A DNA stretch of 64,000 nucleotides, taken from the IMG/VR virus record IMGVR_UViG_3300037337_000170, positions 32,001 to 96,000 of that record; one strand, 5' to 3'. The stretch comes from a virus. This document shows, in pieces, positions 17,425 through 28,381 of the stretch. The notes under the pieces were generated by a model. The model did not search any database. It saw only the letters and a program-made list of their open reading frames with translations, and was not told the DNA's origin. Both the position numbers and the translations under genes were made by a program. Position 1 is the first letter of the stretch. Each line of letters begins with the position of its first letter.

Positions 17425-19037
17425 CCTATCTAGCCGCTAATATTAAAAAGAATATTCCCGAGAACATTCGGGAAGAATACCCTCTATTTGTCTCTTTTAT
17501 ACAAGAATATTATAATTATCTTGAGACCATAGACATTGATCTATTTTCCATCAAGGATATTGATCTTGTTGATGACAGATTCATTGAATTCTACAGAAGG
17601 GATTTTGCAGCAGGTCTTCCCAACCTAGATTCTATTAATATTAGAGAGTTTTTACGACACGCAAAGGAGTTCTATGCGTCTAGAGGTTCACCAGAATCTT
17701 TTGCATATCTGTATAGAATAATTTTTAATGAGGAAATACAGTTTGAATATCCCGGTGATAGCATGCTACGTGCATCGGCCGGAATATGGGATCAAGAGTA
17801 TTTTATTGAAATTGAAACCCAGTACGGAACATTTGATCCTGATTTACCAATTGTTTATGAAATAAAACTAGATAACCTAAAATATACGCTGGTGCCGGTT
17901 AGGTACGAGCAGGTTGGTAATATTTTAAGATTATACATAGGCGCCAATACTCGTTATGCTGCAACAGGAGTTATCACTCAGACTGTTGATGACATTATTT
18001 TATACTCCGGCAATCATGTGCCTTGTGTTTCTGGCATTGAAATAGTTTCTGGTGGTGCTGATTGGAAAATTGGTAGTCTTATAGTAATTCCTGGTTCAGA
18101 CCGTGATACATATGCCAGAGTAACAAAGGTAAATGGTTCTGGTGCTATTACCAAACTTGAAACTATTAGTTTCGGTATGTATCACGTGCAGGGACAATTA
18201 TACACTGTTTCTCCGTACAAATATATTCCTATTGGCACTGCCGTTGAATATTCGGTTACTGGTGGCGGTCCATTTAATCACTCTCTAATAATCCAAGATG
18301 TCATCTATGATATTAATGAAACAGTAAATGCTGTAGTAGACCTTGATACATTTGCAGAAGGTGGATTCCCTTCAGTAGGCCCGCCTTATGCCATTAGAGG
18401 ATATTTTGGAGAAACATCCTTGCTAGCCGAGGATATCTCTGATAGTGATGTAATAACAGATTTTGATCAAGAAGGTGGTATCTCTCTAGGGCAATGGCTG
18501 ACCTCAAGGGTAACAGTTAGATTACTTTATGCCCTTTCATCCAAGAATAGGGGCACCTGGAAAAATGATGATGGGCAGGTTTCACATGATTCCTACAGAC
18601 TACAGGATAACTTCTATTATCAGGTATTTTCTTATATTATTGCATCCAAAGTAAATAGCCCACTTCAAGATAGAATGATCAAGCTTGCCCATCCGGCAGG
18701 TATGAAATATTTTAAGAAATTAGACCTAAGAACAGATATTGATTTTGCTGCTGAAATTACCAGGATTCTATCAAAAGAGACAATCTATCTATTTGATGAA
18801 ATTCTAGTAGAGTCCTCAATAAATAAACTTATAGCAAAAACACTTGATGATTCTATTAGTGCAGTAGATGTTATTACTGGTAAAATTGTCGATAAGCAGT
18901 TACTAGGTGATACACAGACAATAATTGATGGAACTACAAATACAATTATAAATCATTATTACGTTGAAGAAACCGACGAACCTGATTATTGGGATTTTGC
19001 GTATACCACAAATGATGTAACCTTGGAAATAACATGA
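17421..19037 (+). CDS. baseplate wedge protein (gp7-like)
   Basis: IPENIREEYPLF, FYASRGSPESF, LQDNFYYQVFSY, HPAG. Confidence 0.75.
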   Translation: MTYLAANIKKNIPENIREEYPLFVSFIQEYYNYLETIDIDLFSIKDIDLVDDRFIEFYRRDFAAGLPNLDSINIREFLRHAKEFYASRGSPESFAYLYRIIFNEEIQFEYPGDSMLRASAGIWDQEYFIEIETQYGTFDPDLPIVYEIKLDNLKYTLVPVRYEQVGNILRLYIGANTRYAATGVITQTVDDIILYSGNHVPCVSGIEIVSGGADWKIGSLIVIPGSDRDTYARVTKVNGSGAITKLETISFGMYHVQGQLYTVSPYKYIPIGTAVEYSVTGGGPFNHSLIIQDVIYDINETVNAVVDLDTFAEGGFPSVGPPYAIRGYFGETSLLAEDISDSDVITDFDQEGGISLGQWLTSRVTVRLLYALSSKNRGTWKNDDGQVSHDSYRLQDNFYYQVFSYIIASKVNSPLQDRMIKLAHPAGMKYFKKLDLRTDIDFAAEITRILSKETIYLFDEILVESSINKLIAKTLDDSISAVDVITGKIVDKQLLGDTQTIIDGTTNTIINHYYVEETDEPDYWDFAYTTNDVTLEIT

Positions 19038-19483
19038 TAAACGAAAACATTAAAGCAATAGGTACTCTTAGACTAACCCTAACTGATAAGGGTGAAAATG
19101 TTAAGATTGACCGTTGTGAGGATAATATTATTACTACTATAGGTAAGTCGTATATTGCTCAGAGAATTTCCCTTAATACAACTCCTTTAATGGGGTGGAT
19201 GGCTATAGGCACATCTAATACTGTAGAGTCTGCCGGTAATACCCAGCTTGGTGCAGAACTCCCAGGAAGCCGCCAGGTAGCAGTACCATCAAGTAATAAT
19301 AACGTAGCAAACTTTACAAGTGTATTCTTACCTGGTATTGGTACAGGTGCTATTGTAGAAGCTGCTGTTTTTAATGACGCCCTATTTAATTCTGGTATTA
19401 TGCTAAATCGAGTAACCTTTGCAGTAATCAATAAAGACGCAGCAGATACACTTACCATCTCATGGAATATCACAGTAGCATAA
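19034..19483 (+). CDS. virion structural protein
   Basis: N.ITT.G...MAIGT...EAAVFN...MLNRVTF.VINK...LTISW; common phage structural family. Confidence 0.7.
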   Translation: MINENIKAIGTLRLTLTDKGENVKIDRCEDNIITTIGKSYIAQRISLNTTPLMGWMAIGTSNTVESAGNTQLGAELPGSRQVAVPSSNNNVANFTSVFLPGIGTGAIVEAAVFNDALFNSGIMLNRVTFAVINKDAADTLTISWNITVA

Positions 19484-19484
19484 T

Positions 19485-21557
19485 ATGCCAATTGTAACTC
19501 TACCTGGTGCAGCAATTGCTGCCGCAACCGATTTTGTCAATAGTATTCAATTGAATAGAGAAATTTACCATTTATATTTTGGTAAAATTGATAGTTGGGA
19601 TAATCAGCTAGATACACCTGGGTCAGAGATTTCAAATCTAGTCACAGAACGGGAGGTCAGAAATAATATGGTATACCTTCGTCGGGTAATGCCAGGCGAG
19701 ATTTCCATGTGTGCTCAAAAGAATGAATGGGCACAAGCACCTGAGTATAAAGTATATACTCAGTGGGATGATATTCTGCCAAATTCTATTAATGACTATC
19801 ATGTAGTCAATTCTAATTTTCAGGTCTATAAATGTCTGGATAATAATAACGGTGCATTATCAGAAATTGAACCTGCAGGTGGTTTCTTTGTTCCAATTAC
19901 TCTAGCCGATGGGTATATCTGGAAATATATGTACACTATTCCAGTGGCAAAACGTAAGCGGTTTAATAGTCTGGATAAAATGCCGGTACAGACCGCCTTG
20001 TCAGAAACATTCTACAGCCAAGGAACTATAGGTGCTATTAACATTTTAGACAGTGGCACAGGTTATCCTAATTTACCTATTACAACATTGAGATTAGATG
20101 GTACAACTACCGGGTCGGGACTAGATGCCGTAATTACCCAAGTCGACCAGTACGGTGGTATTACTCAGATTACTATTAACGATGGTGGTGGGAATTATAC
20201 TTCACTAAACTTAGAGACCAGTGGAATCGGAGCATCAGCCGTACTTGTGCCAACGGTTGTATCAGGAGTTATAACTGACATTACCATAACAGCAATGGGT
20301 TCTAACTACGTGATTGGAGATACTATTACCTCATCTGTAGGTGGCGCAATATTGTTACCTGTAATTGATCCTGTTTCTGGTTCGATTGTTTCAGTTAAAG
20401 TAATTAACGCCGGCAAAGGTTATGTTGGTGCACCAAATGTTATTATCGAGGTAGAGCCAGGATATAGTACAGGAACCGGCAAGTACCCTGGCAATTCCGG
20501 TGCTATTATAGTATTGAATATGCTTGATGGTGAGATTGATACTATTTCAATCAATGATCCTGGTTTGGATTATGTTAAGGATAATGCTACAAGTATTTTG
20601 GTTGTAGGTGATGGAACTGGAGCAGAATTAATTCCTATTCTTGATTCGACTGGAGCAGTTGTAGAAATCTTTATTAAATCCGGTGGTACAGGATATACCT
20701 TTGCTAATGCAAATATATCTGGCATAGGCGGTTCGGGTGCATCTATTTCCATAAACCTAAATGATTCTGACATTGTGTCGGATCAGTCTATTGTAGAGCA
20801 ATCTGCAATAGATGGTGCTATTCATAATATTGTCCTGATTACTGGTGGAGTTCTTTATACAAGCCAAACCAATATAACCATATCGGGTGATGGTATTGGA
20901 TGTATAGCAGTCCCTATTATAGACCAAGGTATTATTACCAAAATAAGTATTATTGCACCTGGCACCGGATACACCCGGGCAGTTGTTACGATTAATGACC
21001 CTACAAGAAATGATCCTAGTAATACATTACAATTTGCAACTGCTAGGGCAATTTTAGCGCCTGCAGGGGGGCATGGTAGAAATGCCGTTAGGGAATTAAG
21101 AGTAGATTCGGTTTGTATTTCAGCAGTTCTTCAGGACATACCAGAATTTAAATTAATCTCTCAGGATTTCAGACAGTACGGTCTTACTAAAAATATTAGA
21201 AAATCTAATACCAACAAAAGATTGACAGCTTTAAGTAGTTACGAAGCTATTATAACACGGTTCGAAAATACTGTAGACCTATTACCAGATATGGTAATTC
21301 AAAATAATATTAACTTTTTTAAGGTGATTTATATAGATGGAAAAACTGTACATCTAATACCACTAACCAGGAAACCGGTTTCCCCAATTGGAATATTAAG
21401 AACTGCTGATTCAGTATCCTCATGGAGTTGTTCTGCCATATTAACATACCCAACGACTGATCGTTATACAGGTGATTTACTATTTGTTAGCAACGAGGTA
21501 CCATTCATAGTGGATGAGGTGCAAGGTATAAATATCAAAACATATCTAAAATTTTGA
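19485..21557 (+). CDS. gp8: baseplate wedge gp8-like with inserted repeated beta domains
   Basis: VYKCLDNNNG, DGYIWKYMYTI, GGHG, DFRQYGL, TGDLLFV. Confidence 0.8.
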   Translation: MPIVTLPGAAIAAATDFVNSIQLNREIYHLYFGKIDSWDNQLDTPGSEISNLVTEREVRNNMVYLRRVMPGEISMCAQKNEWAQAPEYKVYTQWDDILPNSINDYHVVNSNFQVYKCLDNNNGALSEIEPAGGFFVPITLADGYIWKYMYTIPVAKRKRFNSLDKMPVQTALSETFYSQGTIGAINILDSGTGYPNLPITTLRLDGTTTGSGLDAVITQVDQYGGITQITINDGGGNYTSLNLETSGIGASAVLVPTVVSGVITDITITAMGSNYVIGDTITSSVGGAILLPVIDPVSGSIVSVKVINAGKGYVGAPNVIIEVEPGYSTGTGKYPGNSGAIIVLNMLDGEIDTISINDPGLDYVKDNATSILVVGDGTGAELIPILDSTGAVVEIFIKSGGTGYTFANANISGIGGSGASISINLNDSDIVSDQSIVEQSAIDGAIHNIVLITGGVLYTSQTNITISGDGIGCIAVPIIDQGIITKISIIAPGTGYTRAVVTINDPTRNDPSNTLQFATARAILAPAGGHGRNAVRELRVDSVCISAVLQDIPEFKLISQDFRQYGLTKNIRKSNTNKRLTALSSYEAIITRFENTVDLLPDMVIQNNINFFKVIYIDGKTVHLIPLTRKPVSPIGILRTADSVSSWSCSAILTYPTTDRYTGDLLFVSNEVPFIVDEVQGINIKTYLKF

Positions 21558-21600
21558 TACAAAATAATATTCTTACTGTCAGAACCGCAATTAAAGTCTA

Positions 21601-24600
21601 ATGAAAACATATTCAATACCCCCATATTTCGACGACTTTTCTGAAGATAAAAACTTTCAGCAGATTCTGTTTAAACCAGGCTTTGCTGTACAGGCACGTG
21701 AGCTTACTCAACTTCAGACAATTCTTCGTGGTCAGATTGAAAAATTCGGTAATCATATTTTTCAACAGGGTTCTGTTGTAATTCCAGGAAATTCTAGGGC
21801 AGAGTTAAATATACCTTATGTAAAATTACAACCGACCTTTAACTCTGTTAATATTGATTCAAAGGCCTTTGACGGTCAAACCGTTATTGGCGCGTCTACA
21901 GGCATTGAAGCCATAGTTAAGACCACCGCTGGCGCGACATTATCTGATCCAGATACTCTGTACATTGTGTATACAAAAGGCAGCAATGGTCTTCCGTCAA
22001 ATGAGTTTGAAACTTCAGAAGAAATATTTGTAAAATCAAGGCCAAATATCAGAGCCACATTGTTAGAGACTGACTCCACTGGCTTTGGAGCTCTGGTATA
22101 TGTTAACCGTGGTGTCTATTTTGTTAATGGGTCATTCGTGTTGGTAGATCAGCAGGTTGCTATTCTTTCCAAATATACCACGACACCATCTGCTTCAATC
22201 TTACTTAAGATTGTTGAAACCTTAGTCGAATCCGATACCGATGAATCTTTGTTGGATCCTGCCAATGGGTCATTTAACTATGCAGCACCAGGTGCTGATC
22301 GAGTAAAAATATCACTAGAGCTGGTTGTTCTTCCTCTGACCGCACCAATTTCTAGTGATTTTGTACAAATTATGAAATACCAAGACGGTATTTTATTAGA
22401 GCAGAGTAGACACCCAAAGTATAATGAATTAGAAAGATCATTGGCACGGAGAACTTTTGATGAGTCGGGAAATTACATCTCATTTGGCTATAGTCCCAGA
22501 GTAACAGAAGATTTTAAGTCCCGATATAATAATGGGCATAGTCTATCTGGCTCTAAGGATAGAATTGCGACAAAAGTTACAAATGGCAAGGCATACATAC
22601 AGGGCTTTGAAGTCGAGACCTTAAATGAATCTGTAGTCATTATTGATAAGGCACGTACCTTAGATCATATAGAGTCCCTACCAACCGTTAGTATGGTTCC
22701 AAGCTTTGGGCAGTATCTATTTGTTACTGACTTGACTGGTATGCCAGACTTTCGGGGCAGAGAGAATATTGATCTTTTCAATGCTATTTCGACACTTGGT
22801 GATAAGGTAAAGATAGGATCTGCCACGGTAATTGCGATTGATTATCATGAGCCAAATACCACAACAAGTAATGCAATCTACAAGCTATTTGTTTCCGATA
22901 TCCTAATGACCGCCGGTGGGATTAGTTCGGTTGGTTCGGTTGGGTTTTCTGGTGGCAAAGCCGAGGTGCTGCATAAGGTTACAGCACGGGCTACCGGTTT
23001 GGATTTTATTCTTGGTGAAATCGTATCGTTCGGTTCTATCAGACGTGCTACCGTTGGGAAATGGGACCGTTCAACTTCGTCATTGTATCTACTTAAGCAT
23101 CTGAATACATTAGAGATCCCAATTATAAATGATGGGCTTACCGCGCCATCCGGTGCATCATCTGTTGTTCAAGATAAGACGATTGTTGGATCATATCTAT
23201 CAAGTAGCCCAATTATCAAACTTCCGACGACAAATGCTTTTGAAGTTAAAACTGGCGCAGGCACTGTTGACATATCCTATAAAGTTTATAGAGAAGTCAC
23301 AATTGCGACTAATGCATCCGGGGCCGGAACCGCTACTGTTTCTGGGTTAACTATAGACCCAATCGAGGCTGGCAACTTCATTATCTCCAGCGCCTCAGGC
23401 ATTCTTTCTAATTCTATTGCGACATTATCCAATAATGGTCTGTCCATATCGATTACCGATGGTCCGGTCTCAGGTACGTTGAGAATCGTATGTGCCGGAA
23501 CAAAACTTAACCAGAGCGCTAGAAGCAAGGTATTCGTCTCATCATTCTTTCAGACAGGACTAACCCCGGCAAATATTGTACAACTCAATAAAGCCGATGT
23601 ATATCGAGTAATATCCGTTGTCTCGACTATTGACGGTGATGTGACTTCTCGATTTACTCTTGATAATGGGCAGAGGGATTTTGCATATCTACGGGGCAGA
23701 CTAAATTTAAGGGGAACTCTTCCAGCTGGTACCTTGACTGTAACATATAGCTATTTTACACATTCGGGTTCTGGCGACTATTTCTCTGTTGATTCTTATG
23801 CATTATCGGGTCTACCTGATTACTATGACAATATCCCAATTTATATTTCGAATAGTACCTCGGAGAGTTTTGATCTCCGTAACTGTCTTGACTTTAGAGC
23901 TAGAATCGGGGATAACGGCACATACACAGCCGGTAGCGCCGCGCCTCTAGATCTGGTTCAAGTCGACTCTCGTATAACTACATCAATGAGAATATATGTC
24001 GGAAGAATAGACAGTGTTATTGTTGGAAAAAGCGGTATTGTTGAGGTCTTACGCGGTATTCCAAGTCTGAGACCAGTTGCCCCCAGTATAAATGATGATA
24101 GTATAAAAATGGCCGAGATTACCATTGGTCCATATACTAAAAGCTTAGAATCCGTTAATGTAAGAATCCTTAATAATAAGGTCTACACTATGCGGGATAT
24201 TGGGCTAATGGAGAAACGAATCAACAATGTAGAGAAGTATGCACAGATTACACATGAGGAATCTTTGCTTCTGAATACAGAGGTTATAGACGCGGCATCT
24301 GGCTTAAATAGATTCAAAAGCGGGTATTTAGTCGAAAATTTCAATAATCTAGATATAATTGCTGACTTTTTTCGCCCTGGGTTTACCGTGACCTATACTA
24401 TAGCTGGTGAGATTACTGCAGCTACAGAGCAGCATGAAACTAATCTTCAGGTGGTTTCTACTACAGGGCGGCTATATGGTGCCCTTACCAATGGATATAT
24501 TACGGCTAATTTTACAGAAGTTGAATTTTGTAAGCAACCAGTTTCGACAAAGATTACCAACATCAATCCATTCAATGTTGTATCATGGGTTGGAAAATTA

Positions 24601-24912
24601 AGTTTGGTCCCATCACTCCAAACCTTTACTGATATTATTGTCCTTCCACCTTTGTTCAACCATGTGACCAATGTTATAGTCAATACTGTGACAAATGTTA
24701 TAACGACTGAGGTGATCAATGTAATAAATCAGACGGTAGATGTGCCTCGTGCATGGGGTTGGGAAGCGCCACCGGGTGCAATAGTGTCTTTTGGCGCCTT
24801 AAGCGATGTTGAGACTACTTTTTTGGAGATAATTAATGTCCCTAGTACTCCACAGGTATTTAATCAGCTTTCAATTGCGTTCACCCGAGACGGATGGCGC
24901 CCACGGATTTGA
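21601..24912 (+). CDS. VrlC/DUF4815-like large virion protein, N-terminal part
   Basis: PYFDDF...LFKPGFAVQARELTQLQT, APGADR, LARRTFDESGNY, YTMRDIG, RFKSG.LVENF, NINPF. Confidence 0.85.
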   Translation: MKTYSIPPYFDDFSEDKNFQQILFKPGFAVQARELTQLQTILRGQIEKFGNHIFQQGSVVIPGNSRAELNIPYVKLQPTFNSVNIDSKAFDGQTVIGASTGIEAIVKTTAGATLSDPDTLYIVYTKGSNGLPSNEFETSEEIFVKSRPNIRATLLETDSTGFGALVYVNRGVYFVNGSFVLVDQQVAILSKYTTTPSASILLKIVETLVESDTDESLLDPANGSFNYAAPGADRVKISLELVVLPLTAPISSDFVQIMKYQDGILLEQSRHPKYNELERSLARRTFDESGNYISFGYSPRVTEDFKSRYNNGHSLSGSKDRIATKVTNGKAYIQGFEVETLNESVVIIDKARTLDHIESLPTVSMVPSFGQYLFVTDLTGMPDFRGRENIDLFNAISTLGDKVKIGSATVIAIDYHEPNTTTSNAIYKLFVSDILMTAGGISSVGSVGFSGGKAEVLHKVTARATGLDFILGEIVSFGSIRRATVGKWDRSTSSLYLLKHLNTLEIPIINDGLTAPSGASSVVQDKTIVGSYLSSSPIIKLPTTNAFEVKTGAGTVDISYKVYREVTIATNASGAGTATVSGLTIDPIEAGNFIISSASGILSNSIATLSNNGLSISITDGPVSGTLRIVCAGTKLNQSARSKVFVSSFFQTGLTPANIVQLNKADVYRVISVVSTIDGDVTSRFTLDNGQRDFAYLRGRLNLRGTLPAGTLTVTYSYFTHSGSGDYFSVDSYALSGLPDYYDNIPIYISNSTSESFDLRNCLDFRARIGDNGTYTAGSAAPLDLVQVDSRITTSMRIYVGRIDSVIVGKSGIVEVLRGIPSLRPVAPSINDDSIKMAEITIGPYTKSLESVNVRILNNKVYTMRDIGLMEKRINNVEKYAQITHEESLLLNTEVIDAASGLNRFKSGYLVENFNNLDIIADFFRPGFTVTYTIAGEITAATEQHETNLQVVSTTGRLYGALTNGYITANFTEVEFCKQPVSTKITNINPFNVVSWVGKLSLVPSLQTFTDIIVLPPLFNHVTNVIVNTVTNVITTEVINVINQTVDVPRAWGWEAPPGAIVSFGALSDVETTFLEIINVPSTPQVFNQLSIAFTRDGWRPRI

Positions 24913-25067
24913 CGTATGGCCCACATTTTTTCTTGATATAGTGACAACATTAATCAAATTAACAGATTACACGCTACGAGAAAAATTAAATCTCGTAGAG
25001 CAATGCCAAAGACATCTTTAATAAAGTGTTAGGTCAGTTTTATTTCAATAGATAAAACTAACTTAAT

Positions 25068-25075
25068 TATAAATA
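25068..25075 (+). promoter_or_regulatory. T4 late promoter
   Basis: TATAAATA. Confidence 0.75.
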
Positions 25076-25101
25076 AAATACATGAGAAAACAAGGACGAA
25101 C

Positions 25102-27624
25102 ATGGCAACTAGAACAGTAGACACTCTAAGTTTAGACGGTATAGCCGGCGGCTTTTTTATTCAGCCGGATAGTATTCGTTTTGAGGTAGCTGAAGCCAGA
25201 CCTAAGACCCGATTGTTTGCATTTTTCGATGGCGTTAGTGTGGCTGCAGCCATTACCCCAGAAGGCGGCATTAGAGGTGGGAATGTTGTTACAGATGCTC
25301 AGGGAACTGCAACTGGTATTTTTAACATTGAGGCATTCACCTACAATACGGGAAGAAAAATATTAAAATTTCAGGATAGCCCGGTATTCACCTCTGATAC
25401 AATTATCGGATCAACAGTCAGCAGCGCTGAAGCAGATTTTATGAGCACTCGTGTTCAGAGGACACTGCAGGATACTATTACTGTGGTCACGGATGTATTC
25501 CAGACCAATGTGGTTGATGTTCAAAACTTTGTTAATATCGATCAATTAAATATAATCGAAAATAACGTGATCGGCACTCTAAACATTCCTGTGGTGGCCG
25601 AACTCGCCGTTCCAGTGGTCGCTGCTCTAGGTGATCCACTTGCCCAGTCTTTTTTCACATACGGTGTTAAAGGTGGCTGTGCTATTACGAAAATTGATAT
25701 CTATTTCGCAACAAAGGATGAAGAGTTGCCGGTTATTCTTGAACTTAGAGAATTGACAAATGGATATCCGGGCCCTAAGTTGATTGATAGATTATCATGG
25801 GTTTCTCTAGAACCAAGTCAGGTGCTTCTATCTGATGATTCCTCCTTAGCTACACCCTTTGAATTTTTCCCGGCCGTGGTGTTGGAGGAAAATAAGGAGT
25901 ACTGTTTTGTTCTAAAGACGAACTGCGATACATACAACGTTTGGACAAGCGTTCTTGGCGAACTATCTGTAGAAACTGGGTTAAAGGTATTTGAACAGCC
26001 ATTCATTGGCTCTATGTATAAGTCGGAGAATAATATCACATGGGTCACTGATCCAACAGAAGATATTAAGTTCACGATGTACAAAGCTGAGTATGATACG
26101 GTCAATCCAGCAACCGTTATAATGAGAGCAAATTCTAGACCAGTCCTATTGAATGGTACTAGATTTAGAGTAACGGCAGGTTCTACACTGGTTAGATTAA
26201 ACTGTGGCTACAAGCATGGGCTTAGGAATAATGACTTTCTGAATCTTTTTTCTCCCACGGGTCTGTTTCGTGGAATTCCAAGTGCTTCATTGAATGGAGA
26301 CTTTGCCGTAACCGTAATTAATGAATATGTTGTTACTTTCATTAGCCCCACAGCGGCGACCTCTACCGGCACATTAGCAACACCAGGATTAGTGAATGCT
26401 ATTCAGGTTGACTCAGGCGGCACAAACTACATAAGTCCAGTTATCTCCTTTGCTAGCAGTACTGGTACAGGCGCGTCGGCAACCGCTGTTGTTACCGCTG
26501 GTGTAATTACCCAAATCAATATAACAAACTCAGGTACTGGGTACCTATCGGCCCCAACAATAAGTGTTACCGATAGTACAGGCATCGGCGCTTTATTATT
26601 TGTTATCAGTGAGGCACTATTTACTATATCGACAAATAGGATTACTAATGATTATAGAGTCATAAGTTCCTTTGCTGAATCACCAAATACTTCTATAACA
26701 ACCAACATTAGTACTACATCATCCGAATATAGTATATTGGATGATGTCAACTACACTCAGGGGACATTCTATAGCCCCAAGATCCCAAGTATCCTGGTGT
26801 CGGCAACAAATGCCAATACATATCTGTCCAATCAGACTCCCCTATCTGTAAATGTAAATCTATCTACATCCAACAAAAATACGTCCCCGATTTTTGCACT
26901 GACAGAAAGACCAAGATTAGCCACATCGGCATTTATCATCAACAACCAGACCCCCATAGAGACCCTGACTGCGACTGAGGGCTATGGTACTGTAACAGGT
27001 TTGGTTTCTGGAAAATTGAATATAACCAATCCAGGTGCAGGTTACCTTACCGCGACAGTTACAATATCCGCACCCGATGTATCGTTCGGGATACAGGCAA
27101 CTGCAACTGCAACTATCACGGCAGGGTCTATCACTGATATTACTATTGATAATCCTGGGATTGGGTATGTCACACTCCCAACTGTAACCATTACTGGAAC
27201 CGGAACTATAACCGTAATCGCTGCATCATCTGCCAACCTAACTCCGTTCAATACAGAAGTACTTCCTGGTCACGGTACAGCAGAAAGTCGATATTTCACC
27301 CAACAAATTAACTTAGAGACAGTATCTACTGGTGTTCAAATTATTTGCGCTGCATACTCTGAGCTTGAAAGCAATTTTGACTTCTATATTAGGACCTCGT
27401 TGTCCTCGGAGGAAACCTCTCATGCTGGATTAAACTGGATGATGTTAAAGTGTGATGTTGAAAGAAACCTATCAACCTTTGATGGCGAATATTTGGACTA
27501 TACATTTTTTGCAAATAACATCAAGCCGTTTGATGTCTATGATTTGAAGATAGTAATGCGTAGTACCAACCGGGTTAAGGTGCCTAGGATTAAGAATTAT
27601 CGTACCATTATATTAGCCACATGA
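25102..27624 (+). CDS. VrlC/DUF4815-like large virion protein, C-terminal part
   Basis: RPKTRLFAFFDG, DPLAQSF, IDIYF, QPFIGSMYKS.N..TW, EDIKF, VPRIKNYRTI. Confidence 0.85.
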   Translation: MATRTVDTLSLDGIAGGFFIQPDSIRFEVAEARPKTRLFAFFDGVSVAAAITPEGGIRGGNVVTDAQGTATGIFNIEAFTYNTGRKILKFQDSPVFTSDTIIGSTVSSAEADFMSTRVQRTLQDTITVVTDVFQTNVVDVQNFVNIDQLNIIENNVIGTLNIPVVAELAVPVVAALGDPLAQSFFTYGVKGGCAITKIDIYFATKDEELPVILELRELTNGYPGPKLIDRLSWVSLEPSQVLLSDDSSLATPFEFFPAVVLEENKEYCFVLKTNCDTYNVWTSVLGELSVETGLKVFEQPFIGSMYKSENNITWVTDPTEDIKFTMYKAEYDTVNPATVIMRANSRPVLLNGTRFRVTAGSTLVRLNCGYKHGLRNNDFLNLFSPTGLFRGIPSASLNGDFAVTVINEYVVTFISPTAATSTGTLATPGLVNAIQVDSGGTNYISPVISFASSTGTGASATAVVTAGVITQINITNSGTGYLSAPTISVTDSTGIGALLFVISEALFTISTNRITNDYRVISSFAESPNTSITTNISTTSSEYSILDDVNYTQGTFYSPKIPSILVSATNANTYLSNQTPLSVNVNLSTSNKNTSPIFALTERPRLATSAFIINNQTPIETLTATEGYGTVTGLVSGKLNITNPGAGYLTATVTISAPDVSFGIQATATATITAGSITDITIDNPGIGYVTLPTVTITGTGTITVIAASSANLTPFNTEVLPGHGTAESRYFTQQINLETVSTGVQIICAAYSELESNFDFYIRTSLSSEETSHAGLNWMMLKCDVERNLSTFDGEYLDYTFFANNIKPFDVYDLKIVMRSTNRVKVPRIKNYRTIILAT

Positions 27625-27842
27625 TAAAAATTAAAGATGAGCTGGGTAATGTAGTTCCTGGTATTTTAAGAGACCCAAGAACACATGCACTTACCAATAT
27701 CAATAAGTTACAATATCAGAGTTGTTTGGCGTCTCAGTTGAGAATTACCCAAGAAAAAAATGATATAAGTAATATGAAAAACGAAATTGTAGAAATAAAA
27801 TCTCTACTATTAGCACTACTGGACAAACTAAATGCCAACTAA
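27621..27842 (+). CDS. small coiled-coil hypothetical protein
   Basis: LRDPRTHALTN...EIVEIKSLLLALL; this type of ORF commonly follows VrlC-like genes. Confidence 0.7.
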   Translation: MIKIKDELGNVVPGILRDPRTHALTNINKLQYQSCLASQLRITQEKNDISNMKNEIVEIKSLLLALLDKLNAN

Positions 27843-28044
27843 TATAACATATCGAACAAGTGTTAATCCAACTACACCCACCTCTATTACTGCGGCTGGT
27901 GTGCCGTTAACGCATATTCAGGTGGACGGTAATTTTAAATCATTATCAGATGCAATTGATTTAAAGGCTTCTCAAGCAGATGTAAATAATTCGGTTTCAA
28001 CAATTTCCGGAGATGCCATTGCATTTGCAATCGCGCTAGGATAA
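27832..28044 (+). CDS. small structural protein
   Basis: PLTHIQVDGNF motif and AIAFAIALG C-terminus. Confidence 0.7.
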   Translation: MPTNITYRTSVNPTTPTSITAAGVPLTHIQVDGNFKSLSDAIDLKASQADVNNSVSTISGDAIAFAIALG

Positions 28045-28053
28045 GGACTAAAT

Positions 28054-28380
28054 ATGGCTTCAGTTTTCAAATCAAATGCAGTAGTTACGGTTGGTGTTAC
28101 TCCTGTAACAGCCTATACTGCTCCGGCAGCAACCACGTCTACCGTAATCGGAATGAGTGTGGCTAATACATCGGGTGTTGGCATTACAGTTGATGCTACC
28201 CTAACAAAAGACTCTGTTGTAGCCTTCCTAATTAAAGGTGCTCCGATTCCGGTTGGTGGTGCTCTTGTTATTATCGGCGGCGACCAAAAGACTGTACTAG
28301 AGGCAGGTAATCTTATTAGTATTACCTCAAGTGTTGCAGCAAGTTGCGATGTGATTACTTCTGTTCTGGAGCTAACATAA
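28054..28380 (+). CDS. structural (fibre-associated) protein
   Basis: YTAPAATTSTVIG...GGDQKTVLEAG...SVLELT; AGGA SD. Confidence 0.75.
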   Translation: MASVFKSNAVVTVGVTPVTAYTAPAATTSTVIGMSVANTSGVGITVDATLTKDSVVAFLIKGAPIPVGGALVIIGGDQKTVLEAGNLISITSSVAASCDVITSVLELT

Positions 28381-28381
28381 T

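Noticed and set aside
24836-25021. Bridging ORF suggesting a frameshift joins the two VrlC-like halves
   Set aside because: It stops at 25021, before the second half, which has its own promoter and SD; no slippery site was evident.
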